Source of the DNA: an uncultured Candidatus Saccharibacteria bacterium
GTDB lineage: Bacteria > Patescibacteriota > UBA1384 > XYA2-FULL-43-10 > 1-14-0-10-43-13
Assembly: GCA_964543385.1 (NCBI GenBank)
Contig: CAZIYE010000001.1
Coordinates: 215,868 to 279,867 of the forward strand
Direction: 5' to 3'
DNA: 64,000 nucleotides
The translations under genes were made by a program, and so were the position numbers. Under the pieces are notes generated by a model. It saw nothing but the letters and a program-made list of their open reading frames with translations. It did not search any database and was not told the origin of the DNA. Positions 9,054 to 19,366 of this stretch are shown piece by piece. The stretch's first letter is position 1. Every line of letters starts with the position of its first letter.

Positions 9054-9848
9054 ATGAGAAAATATTTTCAGTATTTCGTCACTGTTCTCAAGGTTAATAC
9101 AGCATACAAAGCTGACTATTTTTTGAGTTTAATTTTAGATGCTGTGTTTTTCTTCATCTCATTTGCGCTCTGGAAGGCAATATTTCAGGAAGGTAATATC
9201 CAAACAATTGATACTTATTCATTAAGAGATACTGTTACTTACTTTTTTATAACCGCAATTCTTTTTCGACTCGATGTCTCCGGCTCCATGTACATGGGCA
9301 GCATGATTTGGAATGGATCTTTTACAAATGATTTAATTAAACCATGGAGAGTAACAGTTGTCACAATAATGGATGTCCTTGCTGAAAAATTTTTTACTAT
9401 TCTGATGTTCATACCAGTCGCCATCCTAATATTTTTATCAGCTTATCAATACATTATTTTGCCAGAAATGCCAAACCTGCTAATGTTTTGTGTCTCTGTC
9501 ATTTTGGCTTTTTTTATGATGATAACCTTCAATTTGGTTATTCACGCTCTCACATTTCGTTTTGGTGACCAAGATGCTAATATTGAACTTTTTAACTACA
9601 TAGCAATTTTTTTAGCAGGTGCAACATTTCCCCTTTCCTTCTTGCCAGATCGCATCTTTGCAATTTTTAATGCTCTCCCCTTCAAAAATATATTCTTCAC
9701 TCCAATCCAAATTTTTCTAGGCAAAATGCCAATAGACAAAATCTATAGCAGCTGGATAGAAACAATTATCTGGACTATTATTTTCTACCTGATATATAAA
9801 ATTATTTATCAAAAAGGGTTAAAGCTTTACACAGGGACTGGGCGATGA
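9054..9848 (+). CDS. ABC-2 type transporter permease subunit
   Basis: 264 aa, 6 TM helices; 4-bp overlap with next permease and adjacent ABC ATPase. Confidence 0.6.
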   Translation: MRKYFQYFVTVLKVNTAYKADYFLSLILDAVFFFISFALWKAIFQEGNIQTIDTYSLRDTVTYFFITAILFRLDVSGSMYMGSMIWNGSFTNDLIKPWRVTVVTIMDVLAEKFFTILMFIPVAILIFLSAYQYIILPEMPNLLMFCVSVILAFFMMITFNLVIHALTFRFGDQDANIELFNYIAIFLAGATFPLSFLPDRIFAIFNALPFKNIFFTPIQIFLGKMPIDKIYSSWIETIIWTIIFYLIYKIIYQKGLKLYTGTGR

Positions 9849-10648
9849 TTCAACAAATAAAAAAATTTCTTAAAATCAATATGATCATTTTTCGAAATGC
9901 TTATATTAGAGATTCCAAAATACCTGGATTGGTCGCTACCAATATCATTATACAGCTCTTGGACATATCTATCTCCCTCATTTTTTTTGACATTGTTTTT
10001 GCCAACACCAAAACTCTGGCAGGTTGGAATCTCTACCAAGTCATATTTCTATACGCTTTTATTAAATTCATCGCCAGTCTACAAAGCGCATGGACAAAAA
10101 AGGGGTTGAAGTCTTTAGCAGTTGAATTAGTGAGGTTGGGCGATTATGACTTCTTCGCAACAAAGCCATTTGACTCAATGCTTCTGGTATCAATCAGCAA
10201 GCCAAGACTTTATTCTTTTATCGCCCTAATTTTTGAAGTAGGACTGATGATATATGCAGCGTCAAGATCCGGTATTAATATGGGGGCAGAAAATATTTTT
10301 TGGTTCTTATTTTTAACTATTTTCAGTATTACTCTTTTTTACTTCCTAAGCGTTATTACTGTTGTTCCAGCTTTCTGGACAACTAGGCTTTATTCACTCA
10401 CCGATTTTATGAACAGAGCAATTCAGTTCGCCAAATATCCAAGCGGAGTTTTTCCCAATCTGTTAAGGACACTGCTCTCGACAGCATTTCCTATTATTAT
10501 TGTCTCTTATTTTCCTGTCAGGACGCTCTTTTATCCACCCCAAATTAGCTATATTATATATATGGTGCTAATCACTTTTCTGTTCGGCTTTGTTGCTAGA
10601 AAGTTATGGAGATCAGGCGAAAAAAACTACGGTAGTGCCTCAAGTTAA
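9845..10648 (+). CDS. ABC-2 type transporter permease subunit (second)
   Basis: 267 aa polytopic membrane protein, operonic with ATPase. Confidence 0.6.
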   Translation: MIQQIKKFLKINMIIFRNAYIRDSKIPGLVATNIIIQLLDISISLIFFDIVFANTKTLAGWNLYQVIFLYAFIKFIASLQSAWTKKGLKSLAVELVRLGDYDFFATKPFDSMLLVSISKPRLYSFIALIFEVGLMIYAASRSGINMGAENIFWFLFLTIFSITLFYFLSVITVVPAFWTTRLYSLTDFMNRAIQFAKYPSGVFPNLLRTLLSTAFPIIIVSYFPVRTLFYPPQISYIIYMVLITFLFGFVARKLWRSGEKNYGSASS

Positions 10649-10657
10649 TTTAAAAAT

Positions 10658-11614
10658 ATGAATATTATATCTGCAAAAAATATCTTTAAGGGATTTACTA
10701 AATCAAGTTTTAACTGGAAAAATTTTCATTTTGATAAATCTGAGACTTTTGCAGTCAGTGATCTTAGTCTTGAAATTAAAGAAGGTGAATTTGTTGGATT
10801 CCTTGGACCAAACGGTGCCGGCAAAACCACTTTTCTAAAAATGCTCTCTGGTATCATTTACCCAACTTCCGGAGAAGCGCAAGTTTTGGGTTTCACACCG
10901 TGGGAACGTAACTTTGATTTCCTGCGTCAAATTGCTATTGTTATGGGCCAAAAAAATCAGCTTTGGTGGGATTTGCCAGCGATTGATTCGTATAAAATGC
11001 TGAAAGAAGTTTATGACATCGATGATAAGAGATTCAAACAGAATCTAGACTATATGGTTGATTCTCTTAACATGCGCGATCTTTTGACAAAGAGGCTTCG
11101 CAATATGTCTCTAGGAGAAAGGATGAAATGTGAGCTAGTCGCCTGTTTTCTTCATGATCCAAAGGTTATTTTTCTAGATGAACCGACTATTGGCTTGGAT
11201 GTTGTTTCTGGTCAAGCAATCAGAACATTTCTCAAAAATATAAACAAAGAAAAGAAATGTACCATTATTTTGACAAGTCATTATATGGCCGACGTTGATG
11301 AACTATGTAAACGTGTTGTTATTATAAATAAGGGTAAAAAAATTTACGACGGTGATCTGGAAAAATTAAAGACCAAATACGCCCCTGAGAAAAAAATACA
11401 GATCTTTCTCTCCTGCCTTGAAGATAGAGAAAAATTTGCCCGCATACCTATCAAACAGAAAAAAATTTGGGATGGAAATGGCATTATAACCGTACCGAAA
11501 AATAAACTTGGAGATGTAGTGACACAAGTATTTGATATATTCCCAGCCGAAAATATCACGATCTCCGATCCAGATACGGAAGAAGTTATCAGCAAGATAT
11601 TTTTAGAAAAGTAA
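10658..11614 (+). CDS. ABC transporter ATP-binding protein
   Basis: Walker A GPNGAGKTT, signature LSLGERMK, Walker B IFLDEPTIGLD. Confidence 0.85.
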   Translation: MNIISAKNIFKGFTKSSFNWKNFHFDKSETFAVSDLSLEIKEGEFVGFLGPNGAGKTTFLKMLSGIIYPTSGEAQVLGFTPWERNFDFLRQIAIVMGQKNQLWWDLPAIDSYKMLKEVYDIDDKRFKQNLDYMVDSLNMRDLLTKRLRNMSLGERMKCELVACFLHDPKVIFLDEPTIGLDVVSGQAIRTFLKNINKEKKCTIILTSHYMADVDELCKRVVIINKGKKIYDGDLEKLKTKYAPEKKIQIFLSCLEDREKFARIPIKQKKIWDGNGIITVPKNKLGDVVTQVFDIFPAENITISDPDTEEVISKIFLEK

Positions 11615-11684
11615 TAGTTTTAACTAAAGCACATTACATTCTTAACAAATTACATTTTTTATAGTAAGGTTTTTATGTAATTAT

Positions 11685-11760
11685 CGGGGTGTAGCGTAGT
11701 TGGTAGCGCGCATGGCTGGGGGTCATGAGGTCGTGGGTTCGAGTCCCGCCACCCCGACCA
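11685..11760 (+). tRNA. tRNA-Pro (anticodon GGG)
   Basis: acceptor cggggtg/caccccg (C1-G72), anticodon loop ctGGGgg, T-loop ttcgagt, encoded CCA. Confidence 0.85.
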
Positions 11761-11824
11761 ATAAAAATATCATTTTAATAAATAGTATTTGACCATTAGC
11801 CCTATTTTCGTCTAAAATAATAAC

Positions 11825-13012
11825 ATGAAAATAATATTAGCAACTGAAAGTTTTCTCCCAAACGTCTCCGGCGTTGCCGTCGCCACTGAAAATCTTGCGA
11901 ACAATCTAACTGCTGCCGGACACGAAGTCTACGTCTTTTGTCCTAGCCGAAATTTCGAATCTCACGTAGATAAGGAATTCAAAAAATACCAAGTTGTCCG
12001 ATTGAAATCTATAATAAATCCTTTCCGCAAGGGATTTAGAATCACTGCAGCATCAAACAAAGAAATGCTAGATAGGGTTAGTGAAATTGCTCCCGATCTT
12101 ATACATCTTCAGGATCCAGCAGCCATTGGCACAGGTTTGCGTGACGCCGGTAGAAAACTTGGAATACCGATAGTTATCACCAACCATTTCAGTCTGGAGT
12201 ATGCTTTGTCCTACGTTCGTTTCCTAGGAATAATGATTCCGATTGCAAAAAATACGCTAGTAAAATATTTGGTTAATTTCTACAATAAATGTGATTATGT
12301 AGTAACCCCTACTGAGACATTCGCAAAGCAAGTAAGAAGCTGGGGCGTCACTTCTCCGGTCAAGGCAGTATCTAATGGTATTCTTTTTGACCGTTTCCAA
12401 AAGAAATTCACTAAGCAGGATATTGAAAAATTTCGCGAGAAATATCACCTTCCAAATAACCCTTCGGTATTATACCTCGGTAGAGTCGATAAAGATAAAA
12501 GTATTGACGTTTTAGTAAATGCTGCAAAACAGGTTACCGATAAAGTTAATGCTCACTTCATTATTGCCGGATCTGGCGACGAAATTGATAATATTATAGC
12601 GATGACAGAAAATCTTGGGATTCGTAATTTCTTTACATTTCTAGGAAGAATAGATCACGAGAGTGATGACTTTCTTGAAATTTATAAGTCATCTGCCCTA
12701 TTTGCGATTCCCTCTACTATAGAAACACAAAGCCTGGTCACCCTAGAAGCAATGTCGTGCAGTCTCCCAGTAGTTGCGGCAGATGCAAATGCATTGCCGG
12801 AGCTCGTTAAGACAAAGCTAAATGGCTATCTATTTACACCGTCAGACCATAAAGAGATGGCTGACCATATTATAAAAATAATTCAGAATAAAAAATTAGC
12901 CCAGAAAATGGGACAAAATTCTGCTCATATCGCTTCCGACCATGAAATGTCGCTAGCCTTCGGACATATGCTTGATTTATATAACAATGCTATTTTGGAA
13001 AAAAGAAACTGA
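11825..13012 (+). CDS. Glycosyltransferase family 4 (GT-B, glycos_transf_1)
   Basis: 395 aa; C-terminal EAMSCSLPVVAADANALPELV (E-x7-E motif). Confidence 0.8.
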   Translation: MKIILATESFLPNVSGVAVATENLANNLTAAGHEVYVFCPSRNFESHVDKEFKKYQVVRLKSIINPFRKGFRITAASNKEMLDRVSEIAPDLIHLQDPAAIGTGLRDAGRKLGIPIVITNHFSLEYALSYVRFLGIMIPIAKNTLVKYLVNFYNKCDYVVTPTETFAKQVRSWGVTSPVKAVSNGILFDRFQKKFTKQDIEKFREKYHLPNNPSVLYLGRVDKDKSIDVLVNAAKQVTDKVNAHFIIAGSGDEIDNIIAMTENLGIRNFFTFLGRIDHESDDFLEIYKSSALFAIPSTIETQSLVTLEAMSCSLPVVAADANALPELVKTKLNGYLFTPSDHKEMADHIIKIIQNKKLAQKMGQNSAHIASDHEMSLAFGHMLDLYNNAILEKRN

Positions 13013-13282
13013 ACTAAAAAAGCTCTGCTCAGGGTAAATTGGTCTTTTAGAGACAAGTGGGTGACCTCACGTTCTAACCACAGTCAGAACAAATATTAGT
13101 CCGAGTCTCGGCTCTGTAAAAACAGAGACGGATCCCTTAGTAACAAAAGTGATAGCCCAATTTATGACCCAAGACAGAGCCAAATCCATAATATAACAAA
13201 AGAACCTTAATTAAAATCGTAGATATCAACAGGGTTATTTTTTTTAATAAATTGCAAAAGGCAAACAACAAAACACTTCTTT

Positions 13283-13311
13283 GATAAATCTTGCAATCGC
13301 TGGTATAATTA
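13283..13311 (+). promoter_or_regulatory. Sigma70-like promoter TTGATA-N17-TATAAT
   Basis: ttgata aatcttgcaatcgctgg tataat 20 nt upstream of ATG 13333. Confidence 0.4.
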
Positions 13312-13332
13312 CAGTTAAACAAGAATATTATA

Positions 13333-15525
13333 ATGAATAAACCCCAACTTTTTGTTAAATCAGCCTGCCTGATTACCCAGGAAAAGTTAGATAGAAGAGA
13401 ACTCGCTTGTGGAAAATTTCAGAGCGAGCTAACATCTGACAATTTTTTATTTTATCTTATAGAATTGAATTTTTGCTACCCGAACTCAAAAGTTGTAAAA
13501 AAGATTACGCAGATTATAGAGAACAATTGCAAAACATCTGGCGATACCATATCAGAAGAAATATTTGAGAAAATTCTTCAAAATATAAATGAAGGACTTG
13601 GACGATTATCCGAATCAGGCGAGAATGCTTGGCTCGGTAATTTAAATGCAATTATTGGCCTGATAGACGGAAAAAATCTATTGATGGCACAGACAGGGAA
13701 CACTACCGGCTACATATTCCGCAAAAATAAAATATCATCAATAAACGAGAAAAATACCAATACTAGTTTTCATCCGCTAAAGACCTTCATAGATATTACT
13801 ACAGGTCAGCTCACAAACGAAGATAGATTAATTTTTGGTAACACCGATCTTCTATCAAGAATATCCCTAGATCGAATAAGAACTATTATAAAAAATGATA
13901 ACTATCAAGAAGAAACGTTAGAACTATATAGATATCTCAGAAAGAATAAGTCGTTTGATGTAAATGCAGTCTTTATAGGTGTTTCCGATCAAGAAATAAA
14001 AGAATTATCCGAAGGATTCAAAGATATTTTGCCTATCGACGCTCCCGACGAAACCATAAAAAATTTCATTGATAAAATCGTCATCCCTAGCTGGAAGGTT
14101 ATTTCCTCCGCTACACTATCATCTTCAAAATTTATTTTTAATCATTCTAAAAAAGCATTATCCAAGTCACATAGCTATTGGAAAGAAAACCTAGGACCAA
14201 GATCTAAAGAGATTATATCAGTTGGAAGTAAATCGCTTGCAGGAAATATTTCAAAGATTACAACTAAATTTCCGAATATCCAAGAATTATCATCTTCCAA
14301 AAATCTGCCCAAGATAAAGATGAAAACCAATTCATATCTCAGTTCAAAGACTAAAAACAAACTATTATCAGCCTTGCAAATACTATGGCAATATACCAAA
14401 AATCTTAAATTTTTGTTTTTGAAAAAAAATAGGAAGTATCTTTATGCAATCCTGATTCTGATATTTCTATCGTTTGGATATATAAAATTAAAACAGAATA
14501 ACGATAAAAAGTCTGAAAAAGTAAAACAAGTGCAACTTCTTAATTCCTATGACAAAGCCAATGATGATTTTGCCAAAATTAGAGAAGATATTGCTCTCGG
14601 AAAAGATATTGGCAACGAGAAAATTTACGAGACTTTGGCGATGGCCGAACGTGCTAAAGAAACTCCAGCAAATGCAGAGAAAGCAGAGAAGCTTGTCAAA
14701 GAAATAAAATTATTAGTAGACGAAAAAACTAAAACAATTAGATTCTATCCTGAAAAATCCAGCATTTTTGCCGATAAGACACAGTCTATCTCCCTGCTCG
14801 GGAATGTAATTTATGGAATAAATGAAGATGGTAAAGTTTATTCTTTAGATACTAGGGAGAAAAATAGTGCTCTTATAGCCTCTCTCAACAAAGACGCGGG
14901 GATACCTATAGCTACAACAATCTCCGGTCAAGGCAACAAACTGCTTATCACCACCTCTGAGAAACGACTTTTTGCTATGGATATTTCCTCAAAAACAATT
15001 GAGGAATCGAAAATTAATGCAGATCCGAACACGTGGTCTCAGTCGAACGCAATAGCCGCTTATTCATCAAATATTTATCTCCTGGCTTCCGATAACGGCG
15101 TTATATGGAAACACACCACAAAAGAGGGAGGATATTCCAAGGGACTCTCATATGTGGACACTAAAAAGATTAGCATCCTTGGATCAGTTGATTTCTCAGT
15201 TGATGGCAATATTTATGTCCTTACAAACGAGGGGTCCGTTGTAAAATTTGTTAAAGGGTCACCAGAATCTGATTTCTCTATCAAAAATATTCCCTTGCCA
15301 AATGATAAAATACTAATTCCAAAAAAGATTTTTACCGACGAGGATACAAACAGTATCTTTGTCTTAGACAAAAAATTAGATCGAATTATCAAATTTGATA
15401 AGTCTGGTGATTTCAGTAACCAATACCTGCTTGATGGCAAACCAATAGATAGCTTTGTTGTGAACGCAAAATTACAAAAAATATGGATTCTTTCACAGGG
15501 CAAGGTCTACGAAGGAAATCTTTAG
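13333..15525 (+). CDS. Hypothetical membrane protein: N-terminal cytoplasmic domain (possibly PP2C-like), central TM helix, C-terminal beta-propeller-like repeats
   Basis: 730 aa; TM YLYAILILIFLSFGYI; C-terminal recurring G.IY.L...G.V.K patterns; N-terminal GNTTGYIF and LIFGNTDLL weakly resemble PP2C motifs. Confidence 0.6.
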   Translation: MNKPQLFVKSACLITQEKLDRRELACGKFQSELTSDNFLFYLIELNFCYPNSKVVKKITQIIENNCKTSGDTISEEIFEKILQNINEGLGRLSESGENAWLGNLNAIIGLIDGKNLLMAQTGNTTGYIFRKNKISSINEKNTNTSFHPLKTFIDITTGQLTNEDRLIFGNTDLLSRISLDRIRTIIKNDNYQEETLELYRYLRKNKSFDVNAVFIGVSDQEIKELSEGFKDILPIDAPDETIKNFIDKIVIPSWKVISSATLSSSKFIFNHSKKALSKSHSYWKENLGPRSKEIISVGSKSLAGNISKITTKFPNIQELSSSKNLPKIKMKTNSYLSSKTKNKLLSALQILWQYTKNLKFLFLKKNRKYLYAILILIFLSFGYIKLKQNNDKKSEKVKQVQLLNSYDKANDDFAKIREDIALGKDIGNEKIYETLAMAERAKETPANAEKAEKLVKEIKLLVDEKTKTIRFYPEKSSIFADKTQSISLLGNVIYGINEDGKVYSLDTREKNSALIASLNKDAGIPIATTISGQGNKLLITTSEKRLFAMDISSKTIEESKINADPNTWSQSNAIAAYSSNIYLLASDNGVIWKHTTKEGGYSKGLSYVDTKKISILGSVDFSVDGNIYVLTNEGSVVKFVKGSPESDFSIKNIPLPNDKILIPKKIFTDEDTNSIFVLDKKLDRIIKFDKSGDFSNQYLLDGKPIDSFVVNAKLQKIWILSQGKVYEGNL

Positions 15526-15606
15526 TATAATAAACATCGGTTACGTGACATAAAATGACTATACACTTTAAAAAAAAAGATCAAGCCTTTTCTGATCACT
15601 GCTATA

Positions 15607-16167
15607 GTGCTATTAACTATTTATGTCTTGTTTTGCTATTTCGGAAACCGCAATATTCTCATGCCAAGTCAGTCATCAGACAACTACAACCTACCTCCTC
15701 TTGTCGAGGGAACAATCAATAATGCGTTTATCTCTTTAACTTTCCAGGACTCTACTGATAAAAAAACAGCCAACGAGATTATTGCCGAGTATAGCAAAAG
15801 TTACTCTTTCAAAACCGGATTTTTTCAGGATAGGTCTTGCGATCTATATATTATTCCAAAAACAAATGCACAGTCAGATATTGCTTTTTTGGAGAAGAAA
15901 TTAAACTTTTATCTCATCGAGGATGGATCACATGTTAATCTCAAGAGCAAAGAGATCAGTCAAAGCATTCACGCTGTAATTGATGGCTCGACTTGTGACG
16001 AGGTGAAAAATAGATTAGATGCTTTCAATTATGAGCTATATGATAGCTATTTTACGCCGATATATAGCAACATCGAGGTTCCCAATATTAAAGTCAAAAA
16101 AGAGTTGCTAAAAATAATGCAACGCGACTCTCGATTCCAAAAAGCAGAATTTGATTATCCTGTATAA
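15607..16167 (+). CDS. Hypothetical protein with N-terminal hydrophobic anchor
   Basis: 186-aa ORF, non-ATG start in track; alternative ATG at 15664. Confidence 0.45.
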   Translation: MLLTIYVLFCYFGNRNILMPSQSSDNYNLPPLVEGTINNAFISLTFQDSTDKKTANEIIAEYSKSYSFKTGFFQDRSCDLYIIPKTNAQSDIAFLEKKLNFYLIEDGSHVNLKSKEISQSIHAVIDGSTCDEVKNRLDAFNYELYDSYFTPIYSNIEVPNIKVKKELLKIMQRDSRFQKAEFDYPV

Positions 16168-16298
16168 CTTAGAGCTATCGTAAAATGTTTGGCAGCTAGA
16201 ATATAAAAAATACTCCGTTAACCATTGGAGTATTTTTTATTAGTTGCCTGTTATATATCAGTAAGGATATTGGTCTATAATGAAGTCATTATCATGTT

Positions 16299-18005
16299 TT
16301 ACATCTTCTCCGGCGCTTCGATACCACAAATATTAAGAGCATTTGCCAGGGCATATCTTGTAGCAAGAATGAGGGATAGACGAGCAGAAGTCAATTCTTT
16401 ATCTTCCGATAACACCTTGCATGAATTATAAAAATCATGGAATAGGCTAGCTAAATTATAGGAAAAGTGGGGGAGAGCCTGTATTTGGAAATTTTCAGCA
16501 GTTCCCGTCACAATTTCTGGAAATTTAATTATTTCCTTTATAAGTGCCAACTCCTTATCACTATTTAATAACTCTAAATTTGTCTTGTCCCTTAAAATCA
16601 CTCCGGACTCCTCTGCCCTCTTCAAAATACTACATATCCTAGCATGAGCATATTTTATATAAAAAACCGGATTCTTCTCTGAAGTATCGGCTGCCAGATC
16701 TATGTCAAAATCAATTGGCGTATTATTATTTTGAGAAATAATAAAATATTTAAAAGCGTCAGGATGAACCCCTGCCTCTATCACAGCTCGCAATGTAACA
16801 AAGTTTCCAAGACGCTTGCCCATGCTGGTCGCTTCACCAGACTTTTTTAGTCTCACATATTGATACAAAACAATTTCTAAGTTTTTCGCGGGATAGCCGA
16901 TAGCATCAAGCGCAGCTTTCATTCGAGGAATATGACCAGAATGATTAGCACCCCAAACATCGATTAATTTCCCTTCTCTACCAACTTGATCAAATTTACC
17001 AAGATGATAAGCAATGTCATTTGTAAAATATGTTAGAGTTCTTTCCTCATCGCTTTTTACTAATACTGATTCAGTGTCTGACAGATCTATATCATCGGGA
17101 CGTTTAAACCATAGAGCACCGTCTTTTTCCGCAACTACTCCCCTGTCTTTCAATTCCGTGACCACTTTATTAGGTCGACCATTATTTAAAACTTCACTCT
17201 CTCTGGTCCACTTATCAAACTTGATTCCAACCAAAGCTACATCATTTTTAATATTCTCAATCATTATATCGAGACCTCTTTGTGCAAAAAATTCTATCCT
17301 TGCATCATTATTCGAAATCTTTTTAATTTCCTCAGTAAAACTTACTTGGATTATCTTCGATGTTTCTTCTATATATTCACCGGGGTAGCCACCATCTGGA
17401 AACTCAATATCTGGGTCCGTTTTGACTTCATACCAATAATGCAATGACTTACCAAATTTGGTTATCTGTCCGCCAATATCATTAACATAAAATTCATCTG
17501 TGACTTCATATCCCAAGAACTTGAATAAATTAGACAGCGCTAAGCCGATCGGGCCACTTCTGGCATTGCCAACATGCAAAGGACCTGTTGGATTAGCCGA
17601 AATATATTCTACATTTACTTTTTTCCCTTTGTTGATAGTACTCTTGCCATAGCTATCTTTTTCCCTTAAAACATTCTCCAATTCGGCAAAATAAATACCA
17701 TTCTTGAGAAAAATATTAATAAACCCAGGACCAGCAATCTCAACTTTTTCAACATCAGGATCTTTTAATAATTCGGATTTGATTGATTTAGCAAGATCTC
17801 GAGGATTTTTATATGATTCAACACTTCCGTCGCCGACGTGAGAATCAGTAATTACTGAAACAGCACGGAAATGAGTCATTGCAACGTTAGTGGCAAAGTC
17901 CCCCATTTCCCTTTTTGGTGGCTGATCAATAATAAAATTGACCAAGGCATCAATCCCAATATTTTTTAAGGCTATAGTAATTTTATCTTTAATCAATTGT
18001 TTCAT
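16299..18005 (-). CDS. argS: Arginine--tRNA ligase
   Basis: HIGH-type motif ANPTGPLHVGNARSG, KMSKS-like ATSMGKR, typical ArgRS length and C-terminal M. Confidence 0.9.
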   Translation of the reverse strand: MKQLIKDKITIALKNIGIDALVNFIIDQPPKREMGDFATNVAMTHFRAVSVITDSHVGDGSVESYKNPRDLAKSIKSELLKDPDVEKVEIAGPGFINIFLKNGIYFAELENVLREKDSYGKSTINKGKKVNVEYISANPTGPLHVGNARSGPIGLALSNLFKFLGYEVTDEFYVNDIGGQITKFGKSLHYWYEVKTDPDIEFPDGGYPGEYIEETSKIIQVSFTEEIKKISNNDARIEFFAQRGLDIMIENIKNDVALVGIKFDKWTRESEVLNNGRPNKVVTELKDRGVVAEKDGALWFKRPDDIDLSDTESVLVKSDEERTLTYFTNDIAYHLGKFDQVGREGKLIDVWGANHSGHIPRMKAALDAIGYPAKNLEIVLYQYVRLKKSGEATSMGKRLGNFVTLRAVIEAGVHPDAFKYFIISQNNNTPIDFDIDLAADTSEKNPVFYIKYAHARICSILKRAEESGVILRDKTNLELLNSDKELALIKEIIKFPEIVTGTAENFQIQALPHFSYNLASLFHDFYNSCKVLSEDKELTSARLSLILATRYALANALNICGIEAPEKM

Positions 18006-18014
18006 CTTGTTGAC

Positions 18015-18088
18015 TGATACTTAATATTATTTCTAGGCGCTTTCAAAGCTTCATGCGCTTGCAACCGTCGAAATAATATTAAGTATCA
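18015..18088 (-). promoter_or_regulatory. Perfect 19-bp inverted repeat (tgatacttaatattatttc / gaaataatattaagtatca) with 36-nt loop in the tyrS-argS intergenic leader
   Basis: seen directly; ends 9 nt upstream of argS ATG; no T-tract. Confidence 0.5.
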
Positions 18089-18096
18089 TAAATAAC

Positions 18097-19266
18097 CTAT
18101 TTAATCCTGTAAAACTTTCTTTTTCCAGCTTGGATAACCAATCCTTTTCTCACCCCAATGACTGTCTTTGGATCAGTTATTTTTACTTCATCTATCTTGA
18201 CTCCACCCTGCTCTATCAACCTTCTTGCTTCGCTACTAGAACCAACAGCGCTAAGATTTATAAGTAAAAGCGGTAATTCGTAATTACCCTCTGTGATTCT
18301 GATCTCTGGAATATCTGTTGGTAATTCTTTATTAGCAAACACATTAATAAATTCCTCTTTTGCCTTCTGAGCCCCACTTTCGGAGTGATACATACTAGTA
18401 ATTTTACCAGCAAGATCTATCTTTATATCTCTAGGGTTGCCGCCTGCGGCAAGTTTTTCCTTAATGGCACTGATCTCTTTTTCAGATGAATCGGTCAAGA
18501 GTTCATAATATTCTAATATAAGTTCATCAGGAATTGACATAACTTTACCGAACATACTATTTGCATCCTCTGTCAAACCAATATAGTTATCAGCCGATTT
18601 GCTCATTTTTACCTTGCCATCAAGACCAACAAGAAGTTTGGTAATAAAAACATCCTGAGGAACTTGGCCCATCTTCTTTTGCAACTCACGCCCAGCCAGC
18701 ATATTGAATTTCTGATCATTGCCCCCAAATTCAACGTCTGCCTTAAGTACAACTGAATCATAAGCCTGCATCAAGGGATATAATAACTCATGCAATCCAA
18801 TATCATTATGGGCATCTAAACGTTTTACAAAATCATCTCTCTCCAATATTTGAGCTACGGTGAATTTTCCAGTTATCTGCAAAATATCATTAAAATTCAT
18901 TTTTGAAAACCACTCTGAGTTGTATCTAACTTCAGTTTTTTCAACATCAAGAATCTTTCCGACCTGCTCGAAATAAGACTTTGCATTATTCTTTATCTCA
19001 AGGTCAGACAGCACAGGTCTCGTAGCATTTCTACCAGAAGGATCACCTATTTTTGTAGTATAATCGCCAATAAGAAAAATTATTGTGTGTCCCTCATCCT
19101 GAAGTTTTTTAAGCTTCCGAAGTTGAACTGTATGCCCCAAATGAATATCTGGCCTTGTTGGATCGACACCATACTTTATTCTTAGCTTCCTATTTTTCAA
19201 TTTTTCTCTCAGAGACTTCTCATCAATAATCTCGGCAATACCTTTTTGAAAAAAATCTTCGGTCAT
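18097..19266 (-). CDS. tyrS: Tyrosine--tRNA ligase
   Basis: HIGH motif PTRPDIHLGH, KMSKS motif present, C-terminal S4-like RRLIEQGGVKID. Confidence 0.9.
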   Translation of the reverse strand: MTEDFFQKGIAEIIDEKSLREKLKNRKLRIKYGVDPTRPDIHLGHTVQLRKLKKLQDEGHTIIFLIGDYTTKIGDPSGRNATRPVLSDLEIKNNAKSYFEQVGKILDVEKTEVRYNSEWFSKMNFNDILQITGKFTVAQILERDDFVKRLDAHNDIGLHELLYPLMQAYDSVVLKADVEFGGNDQKFNMLAGRELQKKMGQVPQDVFITKLLVGLDGKVKMSKSADNYIGLTEDANSMFGKVMSIPDELILEYYELLTDSSEKEISAIKEKLAAGGNPRDIKIDLAGKITSMYHSESGAQKAKEEFINVFANKELPTDIPEIRITEGNYELPLLLINLSAVGSSSEARRLIEQGGVKIDEVKITDPKTVIGVRKGLVIQAGKRKFYRIK

Positions 19267-19318
19267 AAAACCTCACTATGTATGTTAAAAAAGACAGTTA
19301 TTTGATATAATTTTCCTG

Positions 19319-19347
19319 TTTACATCCTATCAATTTGAACATATAAT
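19319..19347 (+). promoter_or_regulatory. Sigma70-like promoter TTTACA-N17-TATAAT upstream of PBP1A
   Basis: tttaca tcctatcaatttgaaca tataat. Confidence 0.45.
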
Positions 19348-19366
19348 GTAAAGAAAAGGTCCTTCG

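Noticed and set aside
13013-13140. Hairpin-rich sequence after the GT4 gene, considered as SRP or RNase P RNA
   Set aside because: It lacks the conserved SRP domain IV and RNase P P4 motifs. It is probably just a terminator region.
16225-16431. 68-aa plus-strand ORF overlapping the argS 3' end
   Set aside because: It overlaps a confidently identified aaRS on the opposite strand and has no SD.
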